Source: Blepharisma stoltei ATCC 30299 (lineage: Eukaryota > Protista > Ciliophora). Taken from it: a DNA stretch of 64,000 bases. The notes under the pieces are model-generated. The model made no database searches, had not been told where the DNA came from, and saw only the letters and a program-made list of their open reading frames with translations. The translations under genes and the position numbers were made by a program. The stretch lies in contig CBFDEM010000009.1 of NCBI GenBank assembly GCA_965603825.1, forward strand, positions 62,001-126,000. Direction: 5' to 3'. Position 1 is the first letter of the stretch; every line of letters starts with the position of its first letter. Shown here piece by piece: positions 1-11,945 of this stretch.

Positions 1-90
1 GGTATTTAATTAATATTTTGTAACGGATGCTATTACTTACTTTATAAATTGGCAGTCCTTATTTACTGAATTTTGAAATTAAGTTTATAA

Positions 91-885
91 ATGGGTTGTT
101 GCCAGCAGCATAAATCAAGAATAAGCATAATCAAGCCAAATGGTTCAATTTATTCATCATCAACAATTGATGTGAATAAGTTTTTGGAGTCATTTCAAAA
201 GCCAAGTCATAATCTTTTACTATCTTATTACGCAAGCAATTCAAAAATGTCCTCAGCCTTTAAGTCGTTTTTTGAAGTAATTTTTGCTCATGATGAAGAT
301 CAAATCACTGAAATTGATTTGAATTTCGTACCATTTGGGTCAGATGGTATTTATCATTTCCAAATGATGTCACAGTATTTTTCTTGTATAAAAATCCTCA
401 AATTAAGCAATATAGAGATACTCAATGTACATATAAAGAGATTATCTCACTCTATTGAACAAATGAGTGACCTCGAAGTATTAGAAATCGAGGGAAACAA
501 AATCACCGCAGAAGGAATTCAACATCTCACACCTTTTAAATATTTAAATAAACTCAAAGAGTTATATGTGGGGAGAAATGATATAGGAGCTGTAGGAATG
601 AGGCATTTGTGTAGCAACTTACAGAACAGTGAAAATTTGGAAATATTGAGTTTAAAGGGAAATATTATTGAAGATGACGGGATTGTGAATTTAAGCAAAA
701 TCGTGCAGCGCTTTCCGAAATTGAGGGTTCTGAATGTTTGTGAAAATTCTATTACTGACATCGGTGCCAAAATTATTGCTAAGAATTTTTTAACTTTGGA
801 ATATCTCGATCTCTCCCGAAATAATCTAAATACACACAAATTTCAATTTCTTTTAGAAAGAAACAAACTACAATTCAAACTCTAG
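91..885 (+). CDS. Leucine-rich repeat protein (RI-like LRRs) with N-terminal MGCC acylation motif
   Basis: Repeated LxxLxLxxNxIxxxG motifs (LEVLEIEGNKITAEG, LEILSLKGNIIEDDG); ends in TAG. Confidence 0.85.
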   Translation: MGCCQQHKSRISIIKPNGSIYSSSTIDVNKFLESFQKPSHNLLLSYYASNSKMSSAFKSFFEVIFAHDEDQITEIDLNFVPFGSDGIYHFQMMSQYFSCIKILKLSNIEILNVHIKRLSHSIEQMSDLEVLEIEGNKITAEGIQHLTPFKYLNKLKELYVGRNDIGAVGMRHLCSNLQNSENLEILSLKGNIIEDDGIVNLSKIVQRFPKLRVLNVCENSITDIGAKIIAKNFLTLEYLDLSRNNLNTHKFQFLLERNKLQFKL

Positions 886-951
886 TTTAGAATATCAAAA
901 GCACATAATTAAATTAACTGTATAGTGTGTATACATTTTAATTTATATATA

Positions 952-1215
952 ATGGAAGACCGAGTTCACACTACTTTTACTCAAGCAGCTAATGCTTTAA
1001 CTACGCTCTTTAAAGACTCCCAACATGCTTGCAATCGTGCATACAGCAAAGGAAGAGAAGACACAGCCCAAGAAATATTTAACATGTGCTTGGAGTTAAG
1101 ATCTCAAGGACTGAAATATGTGAATCCTTCTCTGTTCTTGGAGCGCTTCCACAGCTATTCGCCCGATATGAAAATCACTGACATACCAGAATCCAGAAAG
1201 CGCTGTCGAAATTAA
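952..1215 (+). CDS. Small protein resembling the HAPSTR1/C16orf72 (DUF4588-like) N-terminal domain
   Basis: First ATG is at 952; FTQAANALTTLFK...AYSKG resembles the remembered FxxAAxxLxxLY...G motif. Confidence 0.5.
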   Translation: MEDRVHTTFTQAANALTTLFKDSQHACNRAYSKGREDTAQEIFNMCLELRSQGLKYVNPSLFLERFHSYSPDMKITDIPESRKRCRN

Positions 1216-1463
1216 TTAAGATCTATATATAACTCATGCTTAAATTCTATTGAACGTGATTAGATAAGGTTTAACACAATAATGTGCTTTATTCTTTTGA
1301 ATTTACGGCTGTAATTTCATATAAGCTGCCACTAATTAATCTAAAAGAGGATACATTAATAAAAATTTCTTGTTTAAACTACCACTACTTTAATTTTCTA
1401 TTAACATCAAATTACATTAAAGACATGTCAGTATCAGAAATCTCATAATTGATTTACTATACA

Positions 1464-3032
1464 ATGGATCGCATTTCATGCTCAGTCTGCATAGACGAAA
1501 GGTGTCAACAGAACAATTTCTTTATAGAAAACATATACATTCTCTCTGATGAGGCTTTCGCTCAAGTGATTACTAGCCACCAAGCTTCTCGATGTGAAAG
1601 CCATAGCTGCTGTTTTCTTGGTTTCCCACCCCCAACAAGCAAGCCATTTAAATACAATCGCCAACAGCTTGTTGGCATTTGCAAATTTATGGGGATAAAG
1701 GAAGATGATGCTACTTTCATTACCAACCAAATTTTTACATCCTTATCTAATCTCATCATGTCAAAAACTCGTATTCGTGAAGGACACAGCTATCAGATAA
1801 TTCAAGCAATTACATTGATGTCTTCATCAATAGATGAAATAGTACTGGCAGCATTTAAAGTTAAAGGATATTATGGTGATCAGCATTTGATTGATTTTCA
1901 TATCGCGTGTGAAGTGATTTCTCAAAAGAGACCAGTAATTGTCCTATTAGGTGGGGCTTCGGGAACTGGAAAAAGCACCCTATCATCTCTATTGGCAAGC
2001 AGATTAGGAATTTCAAGTCTTTTGTCGACTGATTCTATCAGACATATATTGAGGAATGTGCTGCCTAGGGACGAAAACCAAGTTTTATTCTGTTCGACTT
2101 ATGAAGCAGGGAATTTTATAAATAATCAGGGCCTCAGTCCAAAAGAAGCCTGCGTTAAAGGCTATTTAGCACAATGTGAAAAGGTTTATGAATATCTCGA
2201 AAGAGTAATAGACAGCTACCACAAATGTGGGATCAGCATCGTTATAGAAGGAGTCCATCTCCATGTAGGTGTTATGAAAAAACTCATGCAAAAATACGAC
2301 TCATGCATCCCTTTTACAATAATTATCAAGAACAAGCAGAAACACATGGAAAGATTCGCTGTCCGATGCAAATACATGACAATAGACCCAGTAACCAACA
2401 AATACATAGCAAGTTTCCCAAACATCAGAGAAATCCAGAAAAGATTCGTCACAAAATCGGACAAGCATCTAATTCCAAAGGTCGAAACTAGCAACCTTGA
2501 CCGATCATTCGGTCTCTGCCACGCCACAATTATAAGGGTTCTTCGACAAGTTTATAAAGGACAAAGAATTTATGATGAAGCGACAGAACAGACTTCAATT
2601 GTCCACAATGAGTTTAATTATGTGTCAAAAGTCACCTGGAGCTCTAAGCTTGCACATGAGGTTATCAGGGCAAAAGTCAATAAAGGGGAGCTATTTAAAA
2701 GGTTTTTTGGGGAAAATGTGGTGATTGAAGAAGAAGATATAGAAATGCTAGATAATAATAAATCTGAAGGCTCTAGCATGGAAGCTCCTGATATTGGGTC
2801 AATCACTTCTGGGATGGATATTGACGTGGCTCAGGCAAAAGGAAAGGACTCAAAAGAATATATCAAAGTTATTGAAGGTGAAGAGCTGTTAGAGGAACAA
2901 GCAAGAGATACTAGTGAAGCTTCAGACACGGATAGTAATAGATCGGTGGAAGGGGAAAACATGCCAGTGGAAATGCTGTCAGCAACTCTTCCTTCCTCAG
3001 CAGTTAGCCATTCTAGACAAAAAAGTTATTAA
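1464..3032 (+). CDS. P-loop NTPase, LPA1 / 2-phosphoglycerate kinase-like
   Basis: VLLGGASGTGKSTLSSLLASRLG, STDSIRH and IEGVHL motifs; acidic C-terminal tail. Confidence 0.85.
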   Translation: MDRISCSVCIDERCQQNNFFIENIYILSDEAFAQVITSHQASRCESHSCCFLGFPPPTSKPFKYNRQQLVGICKFMGIKEDDATFITNQIFTSLSNLIMSKTRIREGHSYQIIQAITLMSSSIDEIVLAAFKVKGYYGDQHLIDFHIACEVISQKRPVIVLLGGASGTGKSTLSSLLASRLGISSLLSTDSIRHILRNVLPRDENQVLFCSTYEAGNFINNQGLSPKEACVKGYLAQCEKVYEYLERVIDSYHKCGISIVIEGVHLHVGVMKKLMQKYDSCIPFTIIIKNKQKHMERFAVRCKYMTIDPVTNKYIASFPNIREIQKRFVTKSDKHLIPKVETSNLDRSFGLCHATIIRVLRQVYKGQRIYDEATEQTSIVHNEFNYVSKVTWSSKLAHEVIRAKVNKGELFKRFFGENVVIEEEDIEMLDNNKSEGSSMEAPDIGSITSGMDIDVAQAKGKDSKEYIKVIEGEELLEEQARDTSEASDTDSNRSVEGENMPVEMLSATLPSSAVSHSRQKSY

Positions 3033-3050
3033 TTATGAAACTATAATTAT

Positions 3051-4457
3051 TTATTTGAAGTTTCCTTTTCTTATCATTTCATTAAATGACGCTCCAAGAG
3101 TCGCTATATCAATTTGCAGCCTATTGATCTCGTTTCGAAGCTCTTCATTTTCTTTTTCTGAGTTCTCAAGCTCCAAAAATACGCCATCGATTTCTAAAAT
3201 TCTGTCCCTGTAAGCTTTGTTTTCCATTTCAAGCTCTCCTACGCGCTGGGCTAGAGCTTCCACAAGCTTTTTTTCTTGATGTGTGGGGGTTTGTGGAATT
3301 ATTTTGGTAGTAACTTTTTGAGAGTCTTGAAGAGACCGGAATTCATTTGTTAGCTTTTCTTTTTCCATTTTACACTGCTCTAAAGCTGTTTTTTCTCTGG
3401 CGAGCTCGGATTTTAGGTCTTTTAAGTCGTGCATGCTGCGTTTTTGGATTATTTGTTTTTCAGTTTTGGCGTCTTCTAGATCAGAATATGCTTTTTTGAG
3501 AGTTTCTTCAGCTTTTTTTATTTGAGATTCAAGCTCTCTGTTTCGGGTGTAAACTGTGTTGAGCTCTTGGAGCGTTTCTTTTGCTGAAGACTTGAGATTT
3601 CTGTGCTCTATCGTCAATAAATTTTCATTTCCTTTGGACTCTGCTAAAGCTTTTTGAAGCTCTTCATTTTCATTTTGTAAGGTTTTTATTTTTTCTTCTA
3701 AATTCTCCCCATGCTTCTTTTTCTCTTCTTTAATCTCATTTTCCAGTACAGATACTTTTTGTCTGTAATTTTCTATTTCAGATTCCAAATCTTTTCTGGA
3801 ACACTCTACAGCATATTTTTCCTTTAAAGCAACTCTGGCTTCATTTACTTCTTCTTCTTTTTCTGCCAGCTCAAAAATGAGCCTTTCTTTTTGAGATTGG
3901 AGCTCCTTTACTTGACTTTCCAGAGATTCATTTAATTTTGTAGCATTTAGAAGTGAATTTTCTAAAAGCTTGCATCTTTCATTGGCTAAATCCATACCTT
4001 CTATTAATTTTTTGTTGTTTTTTCCTAGCTTTTGGATTTCGTTGTGGTCAGCTAGATTTTTTATAAATTTTTCTTCAGGCTTATGTATTTCTCCTTTCGC
4101 CCAATGTGGTCATATATTTTGCACAATATCTAAAACTTGCTCTAATAAATGCTTTTCTTCTTCTATCATATCTTCTCTCCTTACTGAGGTTAATGATTGC
4201 AAAATAATTTCTCTTTTAAATTCTGGTATATTTCTCAATTTTTCTTCTAGTTCTTCACAAGTTTTTGTTTTTTCTTGAACACTGCTCCTAAGTTCATTAA
4301 TTTCTGCTAATGGGTGAGATGAGTGCTTCAGCAGCTCTTCGTATTTATCTGCAATTGTTTTCAAACGATCATTCTCATGCTTCAGAGCTAATTTTTCGCT
4401 TTGAAACTGGCCAAACTCTGCCATTGTGAAGGTTATTGTATCCTCATCTTCTTCCAT
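3051..4457 (-). CDS. Long coiled-coil protein, weak GRIPAP1-like similarity
   Basis: ORFs 4110-4457 and 3051-3995 are in one frame joined by TGA=Trp at 4110-4112; EFGQFQSEKLALK and LKDLKSELAREK recall GRIPAP1. Confidence 0.7.
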
Positions 4458-4971
4458 TTGGAAATTAATAAAAATGGATAACTTTTTAAAATTAAATGAT
4501 TTTTCTCTAAATTATATTAAATTCTCAAAATATTTATGTTTATAAGTTTGGAAATGATATTGAGTAAAATTAACTTCAGAAAAGAATAAATTGCGTGAAA
4601 AATTCTATAATATTGCAAATCAAAAGCGATATCAAATTAAATTTACAATTAAATTAGTTTAAAAGATCTGCAAAACTAATAAAGGCACGGAATAAAAAGT
4701 TTTGAAGAAAAGATTAAGACAATCTGTGATATTTTTTAAATTTATTTTTATAAAATTCCTTACACCTATTTTGACTAAATAAGCCTCCAAGATCATCGAT
4801 TACAAACAAAATTAAATGAATCGCATCAGAGTCCTCAGAAATAAATTTTCATATATAAAGATTCACATATTTATTGATTTCTCACAGCAATAATCATGAA
4901 TAAAGATGTCGTTAAAATAAAATACTGGCCAAATTTTTTCAAATTTAATAGCTATTTATATTTTCTCAACA

Positions 4972-6444
4972 ATGTTAAAACTATTAGCATGCTCGTCAGT
5001 AAGCTACTTTGCTTATACCAGATATGCGAATTCTGAAGAATTTCAAGCTGGTAAGAGAAGATCTGATCTGCCAGATTATTCTTGGGAAGACATTTCCAAG
5101 CACAAAAACCCTGAAAAATCAGTTTGAATTGGCTTCAAAGAAGGAGTTTATGACGTAACTCATTTTATTGAGCATCATCCTGGAGGAGATAAAATTTTAC
5201 TTGGGGCTGGAAACTCAATTGAGCCTTTCTGAAATTTATATCGCGCCCACCACAAGACTCATGTTTATCAAATGCTTGAGTCGATGAGAATTGGCAACTT
5301 AAAAAAAGGAGAAAAAATTATGGTTTTAGATGACCCCTATAAAAATGATCCAAAGCGTAACCCAGGAATGGTTACTCACGGAGAGAAGCCATTTAATGCA
5401 GAAACACCTAATGATTTATTAGTTAAAAATCCTACAACTCCTAATGAATTATTTTTCGTAAGAAACCATTTGCCAGTGCCTATAATAGACCCGCAAACAT
5501 ATCGTTTAGAGCTTGTATTATCTGATGATAAATGTTTAGAGTTTTCTCTTGATGATTTATCCTCAAAGTTTGAACTTGTGACTGTAAAATCATGCATTCA
5601 GTGCGCTGGAAACAGAAGAGCGGATATGGCTAAGCATGAAAATGTTCGTGGAATCATGTGAAATGCTGGAGCTATTGGCAGTGCTGAATGAAAAGGTGTA
5701 AGACTTAGAGATATTATAAATTATGCGAATCCGAAGGCAAATTACAGCCATGCTCATATAGAAGCTTTCGACTCAGACCCAAACGGCCCATTTGGTACTA
5801 ATATTCCTCTTTCCAAAATTATGGATATCAATGGAGACGTTATTTTAGCGCTAGAAATGAACGGTGAGCCTTTACCATTAGATCATGGATTTCCATTAAG
5901 ATTAATAGTCCCAGGGTATGTAGGCGTAAGGAATGTTAAATGAGTAAAACGAATTACACTTGATGATAAAGAGAGTCCTTTAATATGGCATAGAAGAGAC
6001 TATAAAATCTTCGGAAATAATGATACCATAGATAATACGGATTTTCAAAAAAGGCCACCATTATATGAAATGAATGTCCAGGCTGCTATTTGTGATCCTT
6101 TAGACGGAGCATTTGTAGAAAGTGTAGAAGGAAAAGTTACCTTTAAAGGGTATGCTTATAGTGGAGGGGGCAATGAAATTGCAAGAGTTGATGTAACGAC
6201 TGATAATGGAGAAACTTGGCAAGAAGCAGAATTAACCAAAGACTCTGCTGACCACAAAAGACACTGATCTTGGTCTCTCTGGGAAGCCAAAATCTCTATA
6301 TCAGAGCTTCACAACGAAGTCTGTGTCAAAGCTACAGATTCTTCTGGTAACTCTCAGCCTCGAGATATTATCCCTATTCTGAATTTCCGAGGACTTCTGA
6401 ATAACTCTTGGCACTGCATTAAAGTTAATCATAAATCATTTTAA
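4972..6444 (+). CDS. SUOX: Sulfite oxidase (cytochrome b5 + Moco-binding + dimerisation domains), 490 aa
   Basis: One frame with six TGA=Trp (5125, 5230, 5659, 5689, 5941, 6265); motifs VYDVTHFIEHHPGG, FFVRNHLPVP, QCAGNRR, DHGFPLRLIVPG, RNVKW, GYAYSGGG. Confidence 0.95.
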
Positions 6445-6588
6445 ATTCTAATTTACCACCAAACGGTTTCTCTCTTCAATCATACCTAAATTTCTCCATT
6501 TCCATTAATCTGCAGCATTCTATAAATACCTTAATAGCTATACAGAGTTATTTTTAAGTGAGCATTAATATTTTGAGTTTATGTATAA

Positions 6589-8136
6589 ATGAATAGCTCG
6601 ACAACAAAGATTCACAATGTGACATTATCCCCTAAAGCTACTACAATTAGAAGGCATAGATCGAAACCTAATAGAAGCTTAAAAGATTTAATAATCAGAC
6701 ACAAAGATTCCTCTTTACAGCCGATGGAAGAATCTCCTATCAAAAAAATGATTAAGCCACTAAACATTTCTCATTTGAAATTTAATACACTTACGACGAC
6801 AACTGATACCACAACAAGGAAACACTTTGAATTGGCTAGCTCAACAAGGACAAATTCAAAGAAGAACACAATGAACTCAACGCAGGTAATAATTAAAAGT
6901 TGCTCAAATACTTCGATAAAAAAATCAAATACCCTGCATTCTAGCTCTGCTCTAAGCATAAAAAAGTCATTCCCAATCTCCCCTAAAATTGCTTTGACTG
7001 AGTTTTTTGAAGATTTAACTGATAAAGAAAAAAGCGAAATTTTGGAATATCCCGAGGTATATTTTATCGCTAAAAAAGACTGCAGAGACGACCCACCTCC
7101 TTTTACGTTTAATGATGGGTATGACGACAACAAAGGGGATTACTGTTTATATAAAGGAGACCATATTGCATATCGCTATGAAATACATAGCATTCTAGGC
7201 AAGGGAAGCTTTGGACAAGTCTGTCTGTGCTTTGACCACAAAAGAAAAGAAAACGTAGCAATCAAAATAATTAAAAACAAAAAACGGTTCCATTTTCAAG
7301 CTTCGTTTGAAATCCGTATATTGCAATCGCTATTAGAAAATGACCCTGACGATAAAAGAAACATTGTAAGAATCAAAAATTATTTTTTATTTAGAAATCA
7401 CATATGCATTGCCTTTGAACTTTTACAAATAAATCTTTACCAACTGCTCCATAAAAACCATTTCAATGGAGTTTCTTTAAAATTGATCAAAAAAATCGCA
7501 ATTCAGCTGTTAGTGTCACTTCAGTTTTTAGCAGAAAATCAAGTTATTCATTGTGATTTAAAACCAGAGAATATTTTATTGAAAAAGCCAGATTCAGCGA
7601 CAATTAAAATAATTGATTTTGGGTCATCTTGCTTTGAAAACGAAAAAATTCATACATATATTCAAAGCAGATTTTATAGATCCCCAGAAATCATTTTAGG
7701 GATTTCTTATACCACTGCTATTGATATGTGATCTTTAGGATGCATTTTAGCAGAACTTTATACTGGGCAGCCTATTTTTCCAGGGAGAAGTGAAGAAGAA
7801 CAATTTGCACTGATAATGGAAGTCATTGGAGCTCCTCCGAAATCGTTTATCTCCCAAGCAACCAGAAATAAAACATATTTTTACCCTAATGGCGAGCCGA
7901 AGCTGATAGCTGATACAAAAGGCTTATTAAGAGTCCCTGGGAGCCGAAGCTTAAACGAGCTATTAAAAGGTTCCAACCCCAACTTCATAAACTTCGTCCA
8001 GCAATGCTTCGAATGGAACCCAGAGCTCCGTTTAACTGCATCTCAAGGTCTGGAGCATCCTTGGATCATAGAAAGCTCCTTAAATTCTTCCTTATTGCTA
8101 AAGCGCCGATTTTCAAGTGAAAGAAAAAGGTATTAA
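6589..8136 (+). CDS. DYRK family (class II-like) dual-specificity kinase
   Basis: DH box NDGYDDNKGDY, GKGSFGQV, HCDLKPEN, TYIQSRFYRSPE; TGA at 7729-7731 gives AIDMWSLGC. Confidence 0.95.
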
Positions 8137-8183
8137 CATCCGTTAATGCTTGATTATTAAATTATTCTTATTATTCCATAAAT

Positions 8184-9587
8184 ATGCTGGTCCTTTTCGA
8201 GACCTCTGGTGGCTTTGCTCTATTTAAAGTCCTCAAGGACAAAAAGCTAAAGCAAGTGGAAAACTTGGCAGAAGAGTTCAGGACCTTGGACAATGCAAGC
8301 AAAATAGTCAAACTCAAAGCATTTGACAAATTCAAAGACGCCAAATCTGCACTTCAAGCTGCAGCTTCTTTGGCGAACCATGAACTTTCAAGATCATTGA
8401 CAAAATTTTTAAGGAAAAATATCGTGCAGCAAGAGATTGATGATGAGCTTATTGTCCTGGATAAGAAGCTAAGGTCAGCCATAGAAGATAAATTGGGGAT
8501 CAAGTGTCTTTATAGCTCGAAATATCAGGAACTGATAAGAGGAATTCGTACACAAATTGAAGGGCTTATTGCAGGACTTTCAGCTCAAGAGCAGAAAGCA
8601 ATGGCTTTGGGTTTGGCTCATTCACTGTGTAGGCATACGTTGAAGTTCTCAATTGATAAAGTTGACACTATGGTTGTTCAAGCTGTCAATTTATTAGACG
8701 ACATTGACAAAGAACTCAATAACTACGCTATGAGACTAAAAGAATGGTATTCATGGCATTTCCCTGAGCTTGCCAGAATAGTCACTGATAATGTGGAATA
8801 CGCCAAATGTGTCAATGCAATAAAAGAAAGACAAAATACAGCCAAAGTCAATTTAGCATCAATAATTACAGACGAAGACATCATTGAAGAAATCAAAGAG
8901 GCAGCTGAGCTTAGCATGGGGACAGAAATCACCCAAGACGACATGGACAATATGAAAGCACTTTGTGACCAAGTCATCAGTTTAAGCGAATACAGAACAA
9001 ACTTAAGTGAATACTTAAAGAATAGAATGAACGCCATCGCACCTAATCTGACTGTTCTAGTAGGAGAACTTGTAGGGGCAAGATTAATTGCACACGCTGG
9101 AAGCTTGGTGAATTTAGCAAAACATCCAGCCTCAACCATACAAATTTTGGGTGCTGAAAAAGCGTTATTCAGAGCAATCAGAACAAAGCATGATACACCA
9201 AAATATGGACTGCTTTATCATGCTAGCATTGTAGGACAAGCTACACCTAAGACAAAAGGAAAAATCAGCAGATCACTAGCTGCAAAATGCGCACTTTGTA
9301 TCAGAATGGACGCTCTCGGCGACCAAGAGACTGCCACCATTGGGCTACAGCATAAAGAAGCTCTTGACAAAAGGGTCAAATTTTTAGAAAATAATTTGAC
9401 ACCAAGCATGCTTTCAGGTAAAAGGCCAGCTGCATATCAAAGACCTGCACAGACTGGAATGTATAACCCAGCCACAGACGCAACAAATAAAATTGAAGTA
9501 CCTGCCAAGAGGACAAGAATAGAAGAAGTGGAAGACGAGAGTGAAGAAAGCGAAGAGGAAGTAAAGCCTAAAAAGAAAAAGCATTAA
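8184..9587 (+). CDS. NOP58: Nucleolar protein 58 (box C/D snoRNP)
   Basis: MLVLFETSGGFALFKV, EWYSWHFPEL, STIQILGAEKALFRA, TPKYGLLYHAS; charged KE-rich tail. Confidence 0.95.
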   Translation: MLVLFETSGGFALFKVLKDKKLKQVENLAEEFRTLDNASKIVKLKAFDKFKDAKSALQAAASLANHELSRSLTKFLRKNIVQQEIDDELIVLDKKLRSAIEDKLGIKCLYSSKYQELIRGIRTQIEGLIAGLSAQEQKAMALGLAHSLCRHTLKFSIDKVDTMVVQAVNLLDDIDKELNNYAMRLKEWYSWHFPELARIVTDNVEYAKCVNAIKERQNTAKVNLASIITDEDIIEEIKEAAELSMGTEITQDDMDNMKALCDQVISLSEYRTNLSEYLKNRMNAIAPNLTVLVGELVGARLIAHAGSLVNLAKHPASTIQILGAEKALFRAIRTKHDTPKYGLLYHASIVGQATPKTKGKISRSLAAKCALCIRMDALGDQETATIGLQHKEALDKRVKFLENNLTPSMLSGKRPAAYQRPAQTGMYNPATDATNKIEVPAKRTRIEEVEDESEESEEEVKPKKKKH

Positions 9588-9641
9588 GCTAAGGAGACCT
9601 TATTTTTATATAAAATAGTAAAATATAACAAAGCTAGATAA

Positions 9642-10766
9642 ATGGGATGCCTGCAAAGTAACCCACCGCTTATGAATCCTGAGCCGATAAAGCATTCGTT
9701 TGATTTGGAATCTTTCTCACCCCCAGAAACTACTTTGCATAAATTATGCATTCAATGCAGCAAAGATCATGCACAAAATAAATCTTATCTTATCGAGAAA
9801 TTTCACAGGGCTTATGATTCATGTGAGAGGTTTAGAAAGTCTCTTAACAAATTTGATTTACTTTTTAGTAGAAAAACATTTCAAGCTATCAATGTGAGCA
9901 ATGATGATTTTGAATGCAAGAAATGCAATGGTTTATATAATAATAAGAATGAAATACCAGTTTTACTGCCATGTAGCCATACTGCTTGCTATAAGTGTCT
10001 TAAGTCGGAATATGAAAGAAAAGGAGTTATTTATTGTCCTTTTGATGGGCAAGATTTTGACGAAAACCCGGATAATTTACCATGAGATAACGCGTGGATG
10101 AGTATGATTGATGATTCGAAATCAACTATTTTTTGTGAAACCCATAACTTACTTATCTCTAGATACTGCTTGACAGATAAAGAGTTATTGTGCACAAATT
10201 GCTTATCAAGCCACAATTCACACCAGATAGTCGATATTAGTTCTCAAAAAATAATAAATGAGCTCAAGCTGAAAAAAGAGAAAACAAATATTTATATCGA
10301 AAAGCTTCGTTCTCAGTCAGAAAAAATCAACTCATATCAATCCCAAGCTGAAGAAATTGAATTAGCTTTAAAAGCCACGATTAATACTCACATAAACGCA
10401 ATAACCGAAATGAAAGACACTCTTATAAAAAAAATCATTGAAAATTGTCAAAGCTATAGTAACGAACTGGAATTTTCTTTAAAGAAGCTTGAAAACATTT
10501 CTACGCACAGCGAAATTCAATTGATTCATGATCAATTGAATTATGAACTCCAAAAAGCTGAAGAATTTTTATATAATTTTTCAATAATTCCTATCAGTGA
10601 ACGTCTCGACAAATTGCAAAGTGAAGAAAGCTTATCCAATCAAATTTCTAAACCTGATATAAGTGTGCTGCAAGAAATTAAATTTCTTTTGGCCAGGCTC
10701 CCTGATCCCACAGTGCTTGTTCTTTCATTATCATTAGGAAAAATCCAAAATTTAATATCCCAATAA
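9642..10766 (+). CDS. RING + B-box + coiled-coil (TRIM-like) protein
   Basis: RING CKKC..PVLLPCSHTACYKC..CPFD; B-box CETH..YCLTDKELLCTNC..H..H; two ORFs joined by TGA=Trp at 10083-10085. Confidence 0.8.
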
Positions 10767-10823
10767 AATTCTTATAAATTTTCCTAAAACCAATAATAAA
10801 AGTTAAAACTAATATAATACGTA

Positions 10824-11945
10824 ATGAGTCTAGGCAGCTTGAACAGTTCTGGGACAATTAAAGATTCATTGCCTAATAGTTTCGATACTTCTTATCTTTC
10901 AAACCCAAAAACCGATAAATCAGCTTACAAAAAAGATAAAAATTGTTCTATCTGTGGATCTCCTTTTACACTCTTAGGGTCTACTCAAAAAAATGTGTGC
11001 CAGTTTTGCTATCATGGAGTATGTGGCCGGTGTTGCTCTCAGACGGTCTACGAAGCAATTAAAGATGAAGCTCTTAAAATCTGTGACAACTGCTATAGTG
11101 AATATATAAAAACCCAAGTTACCAGCAAAATTCAATTTGAAATTATGGATGTGAAGGCACAAAACAGATTTATAGAAGAGCAAATAGTGAAGGAACAGAA
11201 AGCTTATGAAAGCGAAAAAGAGATGTATCAAAAAGGCAAACAAAAATATAAGGAAATTGAAGAGAAAATTGACCAGAATAATAAAAGAACAATAAGGCAA
11301 AGGGATAAGATACAAGCAAGCATTGGAAGAATTGGAGAAATGATGATAAAATTAGAAGCGAAAGTTGAAGAACTGAGCTTAATAGCGCAAGCAAAAGAAA
11401 TAAAGGTCAATAACTATAAGAATGAAATCTCTGACATACAAGGGAATACTGATAAGAACAACAATGCGTGTTCAGATATTAAAAATTCAATAGAAGAATA
11501 TAATATTGTGAATACAAAAATTAATGATGACATTGTACGTAGTCAAGAAGAACAAGAACTTGGCATTCTGAATTCATTTCGACCTTCAGACGAAGTCGAA
11601 TTAACTTTCAAACTTCGTCGGCTTCGTACTCAAATCGAAGAGCAAAGGGCAGAGAATAAAAGGCTTGAAAAGAAAAAGCAGGAACTAAGAAAAGAAGGAG
11701 GAGCGAAAACTGCTGCAGTTTCTGCTCTTTCAACCTCTCTTTTAGTTTCTCAAGGTGGCTCAAATCCAGTAACATTTTGTGCAAAAATTATGAATCCTAT
11801 CAAAATTATGAAAATCATGAAAGAAAAGGCTGGAACACAGGAAGAAGAAATTAATGCCCTAAAAAAGGAGCTTGAAGAAATTAAAAATTCAGAAAAAATC
11901 GACCAAAAGGAGGATTTTAAGAATAAATTGAAAAGAAATAAATAA
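10824..11945 (+). CDS. FYVE-like zinc finger + coiled-coil protein (paralog A)
   Basis: CSICGSPF..CQFC..CGRC..ICDNC eight-Cys pattern followed by a long coiled coil. Confidence 0.8.
   Translation: MSLGSLNSSGTIKDSLPNSFDTSYLSNPKTDKSAYKKDKNCSICGSPFTLLGSTQKNVCQFCYHGVCGRCCSQTVYEAIKDEALKICDNCYSEYIKTQVTSKIQFEIMDVKAQNRFIEEQIVKEQKAYESEKEMYQKGKQKYKEIEEKIDQNNKRTIRQRDKIQASIGRIGEMMIKLEAKVEELSLIAQAKEIKVNNYKNEISDIQGNTDKNNNACSDIKNSIEEYNIVNTKINDDIVRSQEEQELGILNSFRPSDEVELTFKLRRLRTQIEEQRAENKRLEKKKQELRKEGGAKTAAVSALSTSLLVSQGGSNPVTFCAKIMNPIKIMKIMKEKAGTQEEEINALKKELEEIKNSEKIDQKEDFKNKLKRNK

Noticed and set aside
1425-1448. In-frame upstream ATG (MSVSEIS then TAA) before the LPA1-like gene
   Set aside because: No 15/16-nt GT..AG removes the TAA; at most a short uORF, and it may lie outside the transcript.
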